64,000 bases of DNA from Octopus vulgaris (lineage: Eukaryota). Of the stretch, positions 1 to 13,288 are shown in pieces (the first letter of the stretch is position 1; each line of letters opens with the position of its first letter). A program made the position numbers and the translations under genes. The notes under the pieces are model-generated. The model was not told the origin of the DNA and searched no databases. It was given only the letters and a program-made list of their open reading frames with translations. Location of the stretch: contig OX597839.1 of assembly GCA_951406725.2 (NCBI GenBank), forward strand, positions 37,324,001 to 37,388,000. Direction: 5' to 3'.

Positions 1-632
1 TAAACTCACACACATGAGCATACATATCACAACACAATTAGTTATTATGATACATTATTATATTAATTAGCGCAGTATAAATCAATAATACATACACGCA
101 GGGCAAGCCAAAGATCAAGAAGCGAGCCACAATAACATTTGTACATTTAGAGAAAAATTACATGCATATATTGATCACATCTTTCTCATGATTACATTAG
201 TTATTTATTTCATTTGATATTTTTACTGTTTAGGTAATGGCTAGAAGGTTCTTTTGCCTGTGTGTTTTTTTTTGTTAAAACTGATTCTTTTATTTATTTA
301 GACAACACTGAGGAGTGGTGTAGAGATAATGTAAACAATATTGTGGGCAAATTCAGAAAAGAACATCTGCACATCATCATCTGTTAATATCCATGTTCTA
401 TACCAATAAAGATTGGACTAATGTTATAAATTGGATTAAACTAAAGAATAAGAAGGGACAGAAAGTAAAACAAGATAAGTAATGAGGGCCAGAAGTTCAT
501 GATGTTTAATACATACGAAAGAAGACAAGAAGACGGAAAAGAACAGGACAAGAATCATAAAGAGGAAATGAGGCACAGACACACTTTCAGGAGTAGAGTT
601 GGTGGATTCCAGGACACGTGGAACTTTTGAAG

Positions 633-678
633 GATGCGTCCTGACAGATGCGTCCTGACAGATGCGTCCTGACAGATG
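633..678. repeat. 14-bp tandem repeat (gatgcgtcctgaca) x3.3
   Basis: Direct inspection. Confidence 0.9.
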
Positions 679-759
679 GCAACTAATGCGAGAATGAAAC
701 AACATTAATCCCTTAGCATTCAGATTGCTCGTTCAAATGGAATGCTTATTGATCCACAA

Positions 760-1020
760 CATCATCATCATCATCGTTTAACGTCCGTTCTCCATGCTAG
801 CATGGGTTGGACGGTTCGACCGGGGATCTGGGAAGCCAGAAGGCTTCACCAGGCTCCAGTCTGATCTGGCAGTGTTTCTACAGCTGGATGCCCTTCCTAA
901 CGCCAACCACTCCGTGAGTGTAGTGGGTGCGTTTTACGTGCCACCTGCACAGGTGCCAGGCGAGGCTGGCATCGGCCACGATCGGATTGGTGCATTTTAC
1001 GTTCCACCGGCACGGAAGCC
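760..1020 (-). mobile_element. SINE family D 3' part ((GAT)n tail), nested in a MITE
   Basis: GGTTGGCGTTAGGAAGGGCATCCAGC...GACGTTAAACGATGATG on the minus strand. More than 12 copies in the window. Confidence 0.85.
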
Positions 1021-2490
1021 ATTGAATTAATTATGCAATACCTTGTAGCTTCCAGATTTTGATGATGTGATTGTTTAGTTTCAGAATGACATTGTAGGGT
1101 AGGTGTGAGATGCCAAATCCAGCCAGTTTGAACATAAAACAGGAAGAATACTTGATATCATCATCATCATTTAACATCTGTTTTCTATGCTGGCATGGGT
1201 TGGATAGCTTGACAGGAGCTGACAAGACCAGGAGCCACACCTGGCTCCAGTCTGCTTTGGCTTGGTTTTTACACCTGGATGCCCTTCTTAATGCCAACCC
1301 CTTTACAGTGCACTGGGTGCTTCTTATGTGGCACCATCACCAGTGCCTTTTATGTGGCACATTTAAATGCTAGAAATGTTGAAGACAAATATGTTTATGC
1401 TAAAATGTTTTTATTCAGTTTTTTCTCTTAGCCAAAAGGGAAATCAGTGCCTCTGGCTCTTTATAAAGCCTGAGTCGAGTGGGTGGACAGGTGAGAAGTT
1501 CAATACCATACTGAGGTGGATGGAATACTAAAGTGGTCCGAGCTAAGAGATTTAGACAGAAATATTTGTGGGAAGGGGTTTATAGAGAAAGGTCTGTCGG
1601 GGAAGGCTTCGAAGACTGAGACGAGAGCATTTAGCAAAGTAGAGCATTAATGAACTACTTTACATTCCTCCTTGTTATGTTAGTTGAGTAAAATGTAAAT
1701 AACGGGCTTAGAATAATTAAACACTTCACAGACCATAATTCACAATGTGCCAGAAAGAATGCACACACAATATATATGTATATACACACACACACACATA
1801 TATACATATATTATACAGCATTGCAGGCATGTATGCCCACTTAGTGGGGGAAAAGGACAACAATGAAGGAGAGATTTATGCAGTAAGTGGTTGAGATGGG
1901 GTTGGTTGAGGTGCTTAGAGTATGTGAGAGCTCTTGATAAGGTACAGAATGATCGAGGTAAACTTGACATAAAAATCAACAGTTTACAAGCTTATAAAAA
2001 TGCAACCCCAGTCTGTTTCATTATACATGGATGGATGGGTGGGTGGATGGGTAGATGGGTGGATGGGTGTGTTTTTAAATCTCAGATTGTATTTATGTGA
2101 TGGCATGCAGCTAAAAAGAAAAAAAAATGCCAACATTATGCTTGTTGTTGTTTAACCCTGGGCCAACACTGAGCAAACCTATGATCACAAGCACTCCAAC
2201 TATCACATCTTATTTTATCAGACTGTACTGCTAACATTACCCTCGTTCTCTCTCTCTCTCTCGTTATATATTTAGAGAGAGAGTGAGAGAGAGAGAGAGA
2301 GTGAAAGAGAGAGAGAGTGAAAGAGAGAGAGAGAGAGAAAGGAATGGCTGTGCGGTTAAGAAGCTTGCTTTGCAGCTCTTTGATTTCAGCTTCAGTCTCA
2401 CTGTATGGTAACATGGGCTTCTGCTCTCACCTCAGGCCAACCAATACCTTCTAAGAGAATTTGGGAGATAGAAACTGTGTGGAAGCCTGT

Positions 2491-2527
<37 letters not shown>

Positions 2528-2669
2528 ATTAATCAAGATTAATCATCCAAAATTGCGAGGATGATCCGGCTCTTGACTGAAGATTAGAGGCTTCGAATGA
2601 CCCGTCCGTTTTTTGTGTCGTCTATTTGAGTGTTTTGCGTTCTTCTCCCATTTTGTATTTTTATATATA

Positions 2670-2720
<51 letters not shown>

Positions 2721-2740
2721 CTTGGGCAAGTGTCTAGGTG

Positions 2741-2899
2741 TAGGAGTGGCTGTGTGGTAAGTAGCTTGCTTACCAACCACATAGTTTTGGGTTCAGTCCC
2801 ACTGTGTGGCACCTTGGGCAAGTGTCTTCTACTATAGCCTCGGGCCAACCAAAGCCTTGTGAGTGGATTTGGTAGACGGAAACTGAAAGAAGCCCGTCG

Positions 2900-2942
<43 letters not shown>

Positions 2943-3141
2943 TTGTGTTTGTTCCCCCAACATCGCTTAACAACCGATGCTGGTGAGTTTACGTCCCCCG
3001 TAACTTAGCAGTTCGGCAAAAGAGACCGATAGAATAAGTACTAGGCTTACAAAGAATAAGTCCTGGGGTTGATTTGCTCGACTAAAGGTGGTGCTCCAGC
3101 ATGGCCGTAGCCAAATGACTGAAACAAGTAAAAGAGAGTAA
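2741..3141 (+). mobile_element. tRNA-derived SINE family B (CORE-like ACCTTGGGCAAGT, internal TG/TA microsatellite)
   Basis: A box TGGCTGTGTGG, B box GGTTCAGTCCC and tail ...tgactgaaacaagtaaaagag. Multi-copy. Confidence 0.85.
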
Positions 3142-4116
3142 AGACTACACACACACACGCATGCACATAAGTTTGTTACCCCACCACCACTTGACAACCA
3201 GTGTTGGTTTGTTTATATTCCTATAACTTAGCAGTTTGGCTAAAGAGGCCAATACAATAAGTATTGGACTTTAAAATAAGTACTAGGGTCAATTTGTTCA
3301 GCTAAACTTTAAAAGTGGTGCTCCAGCATGGCCACGATCCAATAACTGAAATGAATAACAACAACAAGAAAAAGATATATTTTTCCCTTTTTATAACAGT
3401 GGAGTATGATTTGAGGGAGATTTAGTTGCTTTTTAAGGAGGTCAAGCTACATGCAGGGCAGGGGATTCTCAAACAAAAAGTGCCCTTGACTTGACCTGCT
3501 AGAAATAGCAGCCAAGATTCTCCTCAAATCACAGCATGTTTTTGTAAAGAAAAGGTATAATACATAATGTAATCCTAGATGTACCCTGCTTGACACACCC
3601 AAAACCACACACATGACAAATGCCTATTAACTTCCCTAATCACAGAGTCACACCTGTAATTATATACTTCAGTAATTCTAACCTATATACCTGGTATTTT
3701 AGGTTTAAACTGGCCAAACCCAGCCCAAACATTGGTTTTGTGTTCAAACCAATCAGAAAAATAATCACATCATTGGAATCTAGAAGCTTCACATAATTTA
3801 AAACAATTTGAATGAATAAGCATTACATTTAACACAATACCCAGAATACTAAAAGGGTAATATGATGACCATCATCATTTTAATGACCACTTTTCCAGGC
3901 ATCAAAGTTTATTGAATCAGACCTTTTATGGCCAGGCGCCCTTCCTGTTGCCAACCCTTACCTGTTGATTTACAAAAATCATCCAATGTCAAGGCAATGA
4001 GTCACAAAAATTCACATGCACCTGTGTGTGATTGTGTGTGTGTGTGTGTGTGTGTGCATCATTATCATAATTATCTTACATCCATTTTCGATGCTGGCAA
4101 ACGAACATTAAAATGT

Positions 4117-4381
4117 CGATTGGCTTCTGTGCCGGTGGCACGTAAAAAGCACCAACCGATAGTGGCCACTGCCAGACTCCCCTGGCACCTGTGCCGGTTG
4201 CACGTAAAAAGCACCCACTACACTCACGGAGTGGTTGGCGTTAGGAAGGGCATCCAGCTGTAGAAACACTGCCAGATCAGACTGGAGCCTGGTGCAGCCT
4301 CCTGGCTTCCCAGAACCCGGTCGAACCGTCCAACCCATGCTAGCACGGAAAATGGACGTTAAACGATGATGATGATGATGA
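4117..4381 (+). mobile_element. SINE family D
   Basis: Two GGCACGTAAAAAGCACC modules plus the (GAT)n tail. Confidence 0.85.
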
Positions 4382-5306
4382 TATACACACAGCTTCCATC
4401 TCCCAAATCCACTTGCAAGGTTCTGTTTGCTCCACAGCTATAATAGAAGACATTTGCCCAAAGTGCTAGGCATTAGGATTGAACCCGAAACCATACAATT
4501 GGGAAGTGAACTTCTTACCAACACAACCAGGCATGATTTACGCACATAGTATTTCAGGTTTACATACACACAATACTGCAGGTGTATACAACGCACTTTC
4601 ACAAAACAGAAAGAGGAAGACTTCCTCAGGTCTGTTCAACATTAAACCTGTCCAGATTCAACCAATGAGATCAGAGAGAGAGAGAGAAAGAGAGGGTGGT
4701 GGTGGACCATCTGGTATCTGTCTTCAAAGCAGTGGTGGTGGTAGTAGTAGTAATAGTGGTGGTGACAGTAGTAGTAATAGCAGTGGTAATTGCAAAGCAC
4801 TATTTACTAAACTATTTCAATGCAAAGAGAAATTCTTGAAATGCCAGGAATGTTTGTCCAGAGTAGTTTTCTGTTTTCATTATTCATATTCCTCTGTTAC
4901 TAATTAGTATTAATAAACCCTCATCAACTTCAACAACAGGAGTATTAATCTACTGGCAAAATATTCATGAAGTCAAACTAAGGAGAGAACTGCTACATGT
5001 CCACTGGGCTTGCAAAAAATAGCAGTAAGATCTCTTTCGAACCACCACCCACCATCTTAAGAAAAGAAGGCTACAAAAGACAACATGACCCTGTTTAGGG
5101 TAAGCATGTGCTGAGGGCTCTGCATCTCCAAATACATGGGTCAAGGTTTTATCAGGTGATGAAGAAGATATGTACGGGTTTTGGCCCTTCCCACTGTGAT
5201 ACAAGAGCTAGCTGGAAGCACCCTCTCATGTAGGCAACAAAACTCCTACACAACACCAGCTTCTTTATTAAGTTAGAGATTTCTATCAACCTCAGTGCCC
5301 AGTCTT

Positions 5307-5721
5307 ATTTCTTTATTGCCCACAAGGGGCTAAACATAGAGGGGACAAACAAGGACAGACAAACGGATTAAGTCGATTACATCGACCCCAGTGCGTAACT
5401 GGTACCTAATTTATTGACCCCGAAAGGATGAAAGGCAAAGTCAACCTAAGCAGAATTTGAACTCAGAACATAACAGCAGACGAAATACCTATTTCTTTAC
5501 TACCCACAAGGGGCTAAACACAGAGAGGACAAACAAGGACAGACAAACGGATTAAGTCGATTACATCGACACCAGTGCGTAACTGGTACCTAATTTATCG
5601 ACCCCGAAAGAATGAAAGGCAAAGTCGACCTCGGCGGAATTTGAACTCAGAACGTAACAGCAGACGAAATACCACTAAGTATTTCGCCCGGCATGCTAAC
5701 GTTTCTACCAGCTTGCCGCCT
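5307..5721 (-). mobile_element. tRNA-derived SINE family A with duplicated 3' half
   Basis: Head AAGGCGGC.AGCTGG.AGAAACGTTAGCA, B box GAGTTCAAATTCC and core CCTTTCATCCTTTCGGGGTCGATAAA. Many copies in the window. Confidence 0.85.
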
Positions 5722-6388
5722 TTGTGCTCAGCTTTACTGCACCACTTGCTCAGTGCACTGCACTACTTACCTCAGTGCTCTGTCTTACTGCACCACTTGC
5801 CCTCTCTCTAACTACATCCAACAGCTTGCTTTCTCAGTATCTTCCCAAAATGTTTTTTAAGCAACAATCTCTTCTCTTCTTCATGGTTAGTCCAAAACTA
5901 CTAAACATCAAGGTAGACATTACTAGACAAGATAATTATGTCTAGAAGGCCCCATTAAGCAATTTGACCCTAGATATTCCTAGAGGGATGGTCATAACTG
6001 GGATGTATTTGTTCTGTCAGAGCTTACAAGAAATTAACTATACTAGTATATATTCTTAAAACATTGCCCAAGTAAGTTCAACTCTTCCAAGAAACAATTC
6101 TCTTTCTTGAGCCAGTGATTGAGGCAATGAATGAGCATTACAATATCTTATTTCCTTGTCTCTCCTTATCACTCATATCTATATGCATCTCTAACGAGTT
6201 TATCCCTTCAGCATTTAGATTAGTCTTATCTATTCACATTTGTTTTGAATTAATCATACATTATCTTTGAGTAGCTTTGAGATTTTCGATTATGGGATTG
6301 TTTACTGTTAGAATGACAGTGCAGGGTAGATACAAGAGACTGTATTTGGTCAGTTTGAACATAAAACAAATTGAATATTTTAGCTGGA

Positions 6389-6785
6389 TGGAAGCACTCT
6401 CTTAGCACTCCGTCGGTTACGATGACGAGGGTTCCGGTTGATCCAAATCAACGGAACAGCCTGCTCGTGAAATTAACGTGTAAGTGGCTGAGCACTCCAT
6501 AGACACGTGTACCCTTGACGTAGTTCTCGGGGATATTCAGCGTGACACAGAGAGTGACAAGGCCGGCCCTTTGAAATACAGGTACAACAGAAACAGGAAG
6601 TAAGAGTGAGAGAAAGTTGTGGTGAAAGAGTACAGCAGGGATCACCACCATCCCCTGCCGGAGCCTCGTGGAGCTTTAGGTGTTTTCGCTCAATAAACAC
6701 TCACAACGCCCGGTCTGGGAATTGAAACCGCGATCCTATGACCGCGAGTCCGCTGCCCTAACCACTGGGCCATTGCACCTCCACA
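6389..6785 (-). mobile_element. tRNA-derived SINE family C inserted in a MITE
   Basis: A box TGGCCCAGTGG. Target duplication attttagctggat at 6377-6389 and 6786-6798. Confidence 0.88.
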
Positions 6786-7351
6786 ATTTTAGCTGGATAT
6801 GCCCAGTTTAAATGCTAAAGGGTTATGTACACTGGAAGTCAACTTGTGATTGAGTAAGATCACTTCCTAAACTCAGTAAGTCTGTACAAACATTGCATGG
6901 GTCCAAAACGTTGCTGTGCATCAATTTGTTTGGCCAAGCTCCTTTCAAGTGTTGGGCCTCACGAAGGCAATGACCAAAGCCTTCGGCATTATGTTGTGCT
7001 TAAGAAGAAGACCCATCAAGCCAAGCAAATCATAGCTGTAGCAGACACCAGTGTCAGGCAAATGGCATCCGTGCCAGTGGCATGTAGAAGCACCCATTAC
7101 ACTCTTGGAGTGGTTGGCATTAGGAAGGGCACCCAGCCATAGGAAAACCACGCCAAATCAGACTGGAGCCTAGCACAACCTTCCATCGTGCCAGCCCAGT
7201 CAAACCATCCAACCCACTGCAGCATGGACAATGGATGTTAAATGATGATGAAGATGGATAAAGTGTTGCACAACACTGAACTCACTGATTTCAATAGTTT
7301 GAAATCCAATTGTCATCAGCTGTGTTATTCCTGGTTATGTATATTGTAAAT

Positions 7352-7737
7352 TGTGGAGGCGCAATGGCCCAGTGGTTAGGGCAGCAGACTCGCGGTCGTA
7401 GGATCGCAGTTTCGATTCCCAGACCGGGCGTTGAGAGTGTTTATTGAGCGAAAAACACCTAAAGCTCCACGAGACTCCGGCAGGGGATGGTGGTGATCCC
7501 TGCTGTACTCTTTCACCACAACTTTCTCTCACTCTTACTTCCTGTTTCTGTTGTACCTGTATTTCAAAGGGCCGGCCTTGTCACTATCTGTGTCACGCTG
7601 AATATCCCTGAGAACTACGTTAAGGGTGCACATGTCTGTGGAGTGCTCAGCCACTTGCACGTTAATTTCACGAGCAGGCTGTTCCGTTGATTCAGATCAA
7701 CCGGAACCCTCGTCGTCGGAACCGACGGAGTGCTTCC
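7352..7737 (+). mobile_element. SINE family C
   Basis: Inverted near-identical copy of 6389-6785. Target duplication atattgtaaat at 7341-7351 and 7738-7748. Confidence 0.88.
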
Positions 7738-7789
7738 ATATTGTAAATAATAAAGTATATATAATGAGTGTTGAGATCAAGAATAACAG

Positions 7790-7960
7790 CCTTCTTAGAA
7801 CAATATCATCTCCTAAATTGCAACCAGCTTTCATGGTGGGAGGGACTGTCCAACACAGCTCCTCCACCACTTTGATGGCATCTTAATTACACTAAGTGAG
7901 GGCTCCAACGTGGATGTAATATACCTTGATTTCAGCAAGGCCTTTGATACAGCCGACCAC
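7790..7960 (+). mobile_element. CR1-like LINE reverse transcriptase fragment
   Basis: Translates to CPTQLLHHFDGILITLSEGSNVDVIYLDFSKAFDTADH. Confidence 0.8.
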
Positions 7961-8585
7961 AATAGTGTTGATATAAATATTGAAAAAAAGATTTTTTTTT
8001 TTCTCTCTCTCTCTCTCTAGAAACATAAATCCATCTCAGGTATTGACTTTTCACAATCAATAACACAAACATCAGTATTGTTATTGGCGCTACCAAAATA
8101 CTTGGATAAGCAAATATTTTATAGGAAGTCCAATCAAAGACAGGCGTTTCACTGATTTAAAGTCTTTTTAATACTTGTATCAGTTGTTGTCACCTCATTT
8201 TATTACCTTTTAATAGTTCCTTTATTGTCATCTCCTATTTTATTGCCATCTTATGTGTATGCATATACATATATTTATGGCATTAATACTACATTGCCCC
8301 TCTCCCCAACCATTTGCTTAGAAGTGGTCTACAGAACATGAATGGTGTCATTTTCAATGAAAGAAAAATGACCTTGCGAGATATATATATATCTTGTTTC
8401 AGTCACTGAACTGTGGGCCATACAGGGGTTCTAGTCGAATGAATTGACTCCATAACTTTTGTTTTTTCTAAAACCTGGTACTTTGGTCTCTTATGCGAAA
8501 CTGCAGTTACGCAACATAAACCAACATGTTGTCAAGCAGTACGGGGAAACACACACGTGTGTGTACATGTATATATATATATATA

Positions 8586-8900
8586 TCATCATCATCGTTT
8601 AACGTCCGTTTTCCATGCTAGTATGGGTTGGACGGTTCGACCGGGAATCTGGGAAGCCAGAAGGCTGCACAGGCTCCAGTCTGATCTGGCAGTGTTTCTA
8701 CAGCTGAATGCCCTTCCTAACGCCAACCACTCCGTGAGTGTAGTGGGTGCTTTTTACGTGCCACCTGCACTGGTGCCATGCGAGGCTGGCAACGGCCACG
8801 ATCGGATTGGTGCATTTTACGTGCCACCGGCACGGAAGCCAGTCAAGGCGGCACTGGCATCGGCCACGATTCGGATGGTGCTTTTTACGTGCCACCGGCA
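8586..8900 (-). mobile_element. SINE family D
   Basis: Three internal modules plus tail. Confidence 0.85.
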
Positions 8901-8904
8901 TGGA

Positions 8905-8939
<35 letters not shown>

Positions 8940-10419
8940 GATGACAAGCTTCTTTCAGTTTCCTTTTACAAAATTCACTCATAAGGCTCTAGATGGCCTG
9001 GAGTTACAGTGAAGGACACTTTCTTAAAGTGCCACACAATAGGACTGATCCTGGAACCATGTGGTTGAGAAGCTTCTTACCACAGCCCCACCAACATCTA
9101 TTATTATCATTAAAATATAATTTGTAAACAATATTTCATTTATGTTCATTTGTTGACATGTCTTGGACATGTGATTATATGTGCCTGAAACTTTGAGGGA
9201 AGGGACCAGTTGATTGCATCACCCCCACCCCCCAGTACGTAACTAGTACTCACTTCATCGACTCTGAAAGGCCAAGTCAACCTTGATGGGATTTGACACC
9301 TGTCTTTAATAAAGCTAGAACTATCTATGAGCTAACAAAGGAGTTTCTGAGCAGTCATTCAACCTGCTAGAAAACACAGCCCAAATTACTCTCAAACCAC
9401 ACAAGATGGACACATTGTATCCAGGCAGTTTGACATATACAAAAACAATAGAATTGGTCACATCTTGAATGCTTGTGTACCTAGCTGCGAACATACAGCC
9501 TGCAGCTATTTTAATTATGTGTATGTATGTGTGTGTATATATATATATACGTGTGTGTGTGTGTGTGTGTATATGCATATATTTGCATGTGTTGCATGCA
9601 ATATATGTGCATGTATATATATACAGACACACACAGATATAAAAGATACAATTATACTACTGAGCTGTGGCGATCAATGAGAAGTAATCCAATACTTCAA
9701 ACAAACCCGCCCCATGACATGGGCAGCTAATCAATAAGGAGGAGGGGGTTGGGCATCTATACTTCGTGACTTGGTGGAGGAAAACGATATAAACAAGCTC
9801 AAGAAATAAATATGTCTAACGTGTGCGTGAGCGCATGCATGCACATGTGCATATGTAATTACAGAGCCAGGGGAAATGTAAATATATGCATTTTTAGTGC
9901 AAAGTCTTATTCTATGTATATACACCGTTTTAATAATATATGCAGTTTTAATAATATATACCGATTAATAATATATACTGTTTAACAATATATACAGTTC
10001 GATATCCTTCAGAACCTGGTCTTCAACCTTAGTCGATAAAGAGTTGTTCCAACTCTGACCACCCTGTCTTTTTTGCCTATCACTTGACTACACTGGCTGA
10101 CGTGTCCCTCCTTTGTTGGAGACAATAGGACGCGATTTGTGAGAAATTTGGTTGATGTTTTTAGGAGGGCAAGCAACCATTTATAAACTCCATGGTTGGC
10201 TGGTTTTAATATTGGTGCTAATTGACAAGAGATGGGGTGGCGATGGAGCTAAAACGAGGGGGTAGAGAGAAAGAGAGAGAGAGAGAAAAAGAAAGATAGA
10301 GAGAGAGGGTAATAAGAGGTGGATAATAAGCTGGAGGAGTGCAGAGAGTAATCAGTGGATTAACTAATCTAAATCAATGCTTTTGTCTGGGCAACTTTTA
10401 GATCAAATGACATACATAA

Positions 10420-10466
10420 CCAAATATGGTCGGGTGAGTGTAATGTTGCCTCAGCAGTGACGTCAC
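10420..10466. promoter_or_regulatory. CArG box (CCAAATATGG) and full CRE palindrome (GTGACGTCAC)
   Basis: Two perfect consensus sites 27 bp apart in non-repeat sequence. Function is inferred. Confidence 0.4.
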
Positions 10467-10713
10467 CTATGAGTGTGTATTGGTCAGTTTAAAAAAGAAA
10501 AACAAAAACAAAAAAATCAATGGGGTTTCAAACCCCCAAACAAAACCATAAACAAAATATAAATTACTGAATGAAAAATAACAATGACTACTGCTGCTGC
10601 TGCTGCTACTCCCTTCCTCGTTCTATATTTGTCCACAGTTGCTGCCATAAATACATTAACCCAAAATATTTTGTTTTTTTGCCTTTTGCATTCGTCTATA
10701 AATAATAATAATC

Positions 10714-10980
10714 ATCATCATCATTTAGCGTCCGCTTTCCATGCTAGCATGGGTTGGACAGTTCAACTGGGGTCTGTGAAGCCAGAAGGCTGCATCAGGC
10801 CCAGTCTGATCTGGCAGTGTTTCTACGACTGGATGCCCTTCCTAACGCCAACCACTCCGTGAGTGTAGTGGGTGCTTTTTACGTGCCACCCAGAGCTGGA
10901 AAATGGCCACGGACAGATGGTGCTTTTATGTGCCACCGGCATGGGGACCAGGCGAGACTGGTAACGGACATGAACGGATA
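10714..10980 (-). mobile_element. SINE family D
   Basis: Similar to the other family D copies. Confidence 0.8.
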
Positions 10981-11398
10981 ATGCTTTCTACTGAAGGCAT
11001 AAAGACTGAAATTTTGTGGGGGAGTAGAATAGTTTATTACATCAACCCCAGTGTTCAACCCATTTCAGGACGAAAAGTGAAGTCGACCTCGGTGGAATTT
11101 GAACTCCAGGACATAAAGCCAAAAGAAATGCTACCAAGTGTTTTGTCCAGCATGCTAATGATTCTGCCAGCTCCCTGCCTTGAAAACAATTCTTCCTAGA
11201 GTAAGCTCAAGGACTGAAATTTCGAGGGAAGGAAGCTAGTTGATTCTATTGACCTCTAGTACTTGACTAGGGCTTCTTTTGTTGACCAATGAAAAGTGAA
11301 GTTGACTTCAGCAGGATTTGAACTCAGAATGTCAAGTTAGGAGAAATGCTACTAAATACTTTGTCCCATGTGCTTAATAATTCTGCCAGCTTACTACC

Positions 11399-11623
11399 AT
11401 AACCCTTTAGCATTTAAACCAGCCATATCCAGCCAAAAGTATTCTGCCTATTTTATGTTAAAACTGGCCAGATCTGGTCTCTCACACCAACCCTACAATA
11501 TTGTTTTAAAAATTAACAGCTACCTCATCAAAATCTCATAGCTACAAGATAATGCCTGATTAGTTCAAAACAATGTGGATTAAAAAGCATTAATTTTGGC
11601 AGATGTGAACACTATAGGGTTAA
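11399..11623. mobile_element. MITE with TAACCCTTTAG...TATAGGGTTAA termini (piggyBac-like TTAA-CCC ends)
   Basis: Terminal inverted repeats. Related copies at ~706-1150, 3695-3860, 6200-6825, 52000-52170 and 54502-54950. Confidence 0.65.
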
Positions 11624-11859
11624 TTAGTCCTTTCTACTATAGGTACAAGGCTAAATTTTGATTCTGCCAGTTTGCCAATTTGATGAGTTTGTTGTACACA
11701 GTACTTAGATGCACTGCAACATGTTGGAAAAGGATAAAACAGGGCACCAGAGAATGGTAATGTGCCAAGTAATAAAAAACAGCAATGATACACGGTACAC
11801 AGACAAAAAAAGTGGACGTTAAAAGGGTACACAGGTATCCTTTCAGGAGTAGTGTTAGT

Positions 11860-12478
11860 GAATTTGAAGGCCTTTTGAAAGATGCTGTGTCCGGACAGCT
11901 AAACACCAGACACAAGTAGTTTCATTCCATGCTTCAACAATCCAAGCATCAATAACATGTTGCAGAAAGTCACATGTTGCACTCCCCCTGCCCCAGATTT
12001 TATAAGTGTATCTGTGCCAGTGGCACGTAAAAAGCACCCACTACACTCACGGAGTGGTTGGCGTTAGGAAGGGCATCCAGCCATAGAAACATTGCCAGAT
12101 CAGACTGGGCCTGGGGCTTCCCAGACCCAGTTGAACCATCCAACCCATGCTAGCATGGAAAGCGGACGCTAAATGATGATGATGATGATCCATGGGTGGT
12201 AGAGATATTGAACTCAAAAAGGTGATCTGGGTTGCTTTAAAGCTGGCTGATAATCTTGTGGGATTCTATCAAGTTAGTCAACCACTAGGTGTCAGAACTT
12301 TAGTGTATTAATGCCAAGAGAAGCAAAAACATTCAGGATATTGTTAAGCGATTGATGGAAGGTACTTTGTCTGGTTACACATCTCTGAACAGCTTCTAGT
12401 AGAGTGACATTCTGGGCAAGATGAGGAGTGGGGGGTGCAGGTTGGAGATGCAAATGAAGTGTGGACATACCATGGTGA
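11860..12478 (-). mobile_element. CR1-like LINE 3' fragment, interrupted by a SINE at ~12013-12190
   Basis: PHLAQNVTLLEAVQRCVTR and IVEAWN...TASFKR motifs resemble the CR1 ORF2 C-terminus. Confidence 0.65.
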
Positions 12479-12771
12479 TGTGTGTGTGTCTGTATCATCA
12501 ACATCCTTTAACATGAGTTTTTCCATGCTGGCATGGATTGGACAGTTTGAACAGAGCTGGCAAGCGGGAGAGCTGAACAGGTTCCAGTCTGATTTGGCTT
12601 GGTTTCTATGGCTGGATGCCCTCCCTAATGCCAACCACATTACAGAATGTGCTGGGTGTTTTTTAACATGGCACCGACAGGACTCTTACAGGCTAATCCC
12701 CTTCATCAGGGGGAGCAACCTTAACACTTCTGCTGTGGAGGAAGGGTCTTCTTGAGATATATATATATATC

Positions 12772-13180
12772 TTTTACTCTCTTTTACTTGTTTCAGTCAT
12801 CTGACTGTGGCCATGCTGGAGCACCGCCTTTAATCGAGCAACTTGACCCTGGGACTTATTCTTTTGTAAGCCCAATACTTGTTCTATCGGTCTCTTTTGC
12901 CGAACCGCTAAGTAACGGAGACATAAACACACCAGCATCGGTTGTCAAGCAATGCTAGGGGGACAAACACAGACACACAAATGCATATATATATAAATAT
13001 ATACATGTATACATATATACGACGGGCTTCTTTCAGTTTCCGTCTACCAAATCCACTCACAAGGCTTTGGTCGGCCCGAGGCTATAGTAGAAGACACTTG
13101 CCCAAGGTGCCACGCAGTGGGACTGAACCCGGAACCATGTGGTTGGTAAACAAGCTACTTACCACACAGCCACTCCTGCG
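12772..13180 (-). mobile_element. SINE family B
   Basis: Reverse-complement full-length copy. Confidence 0.85.
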
Positions 13181-13243
13181 CGTATATATATATATAGCTC
13201 ATCTATATATATATATATATAGCTCATCTATATATCTTTCTGT

Positions 13244-13288
<45 letters not shown>

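Noticed and set aside
1432-1490. Possible plus-strand 59-bp exon (ttctcttAG ... CAG|GTGAGA)
   Set aside because: Isolated splice-like motifs with no partner exons or recognisable peptide.
2530-2660. CTGAAGA-containing CpG-rich fragment, possibly a Penelope-like remnant
   Set aside because: I could not build stems I-III. Too truncated to call.
5150-5305. Similarity to 32400-32550 as a gene duplication
   Set aside because: Both copies are decayed without a maintained frame. Most likely an old interspersed repeat.
7352-7430. tRNA-like sequences at SINE heads (also families A and B)
   Set aside because: A/B boxes are present but the cloverleaf is incomplete. They continue into SINE bodies with target duplications.
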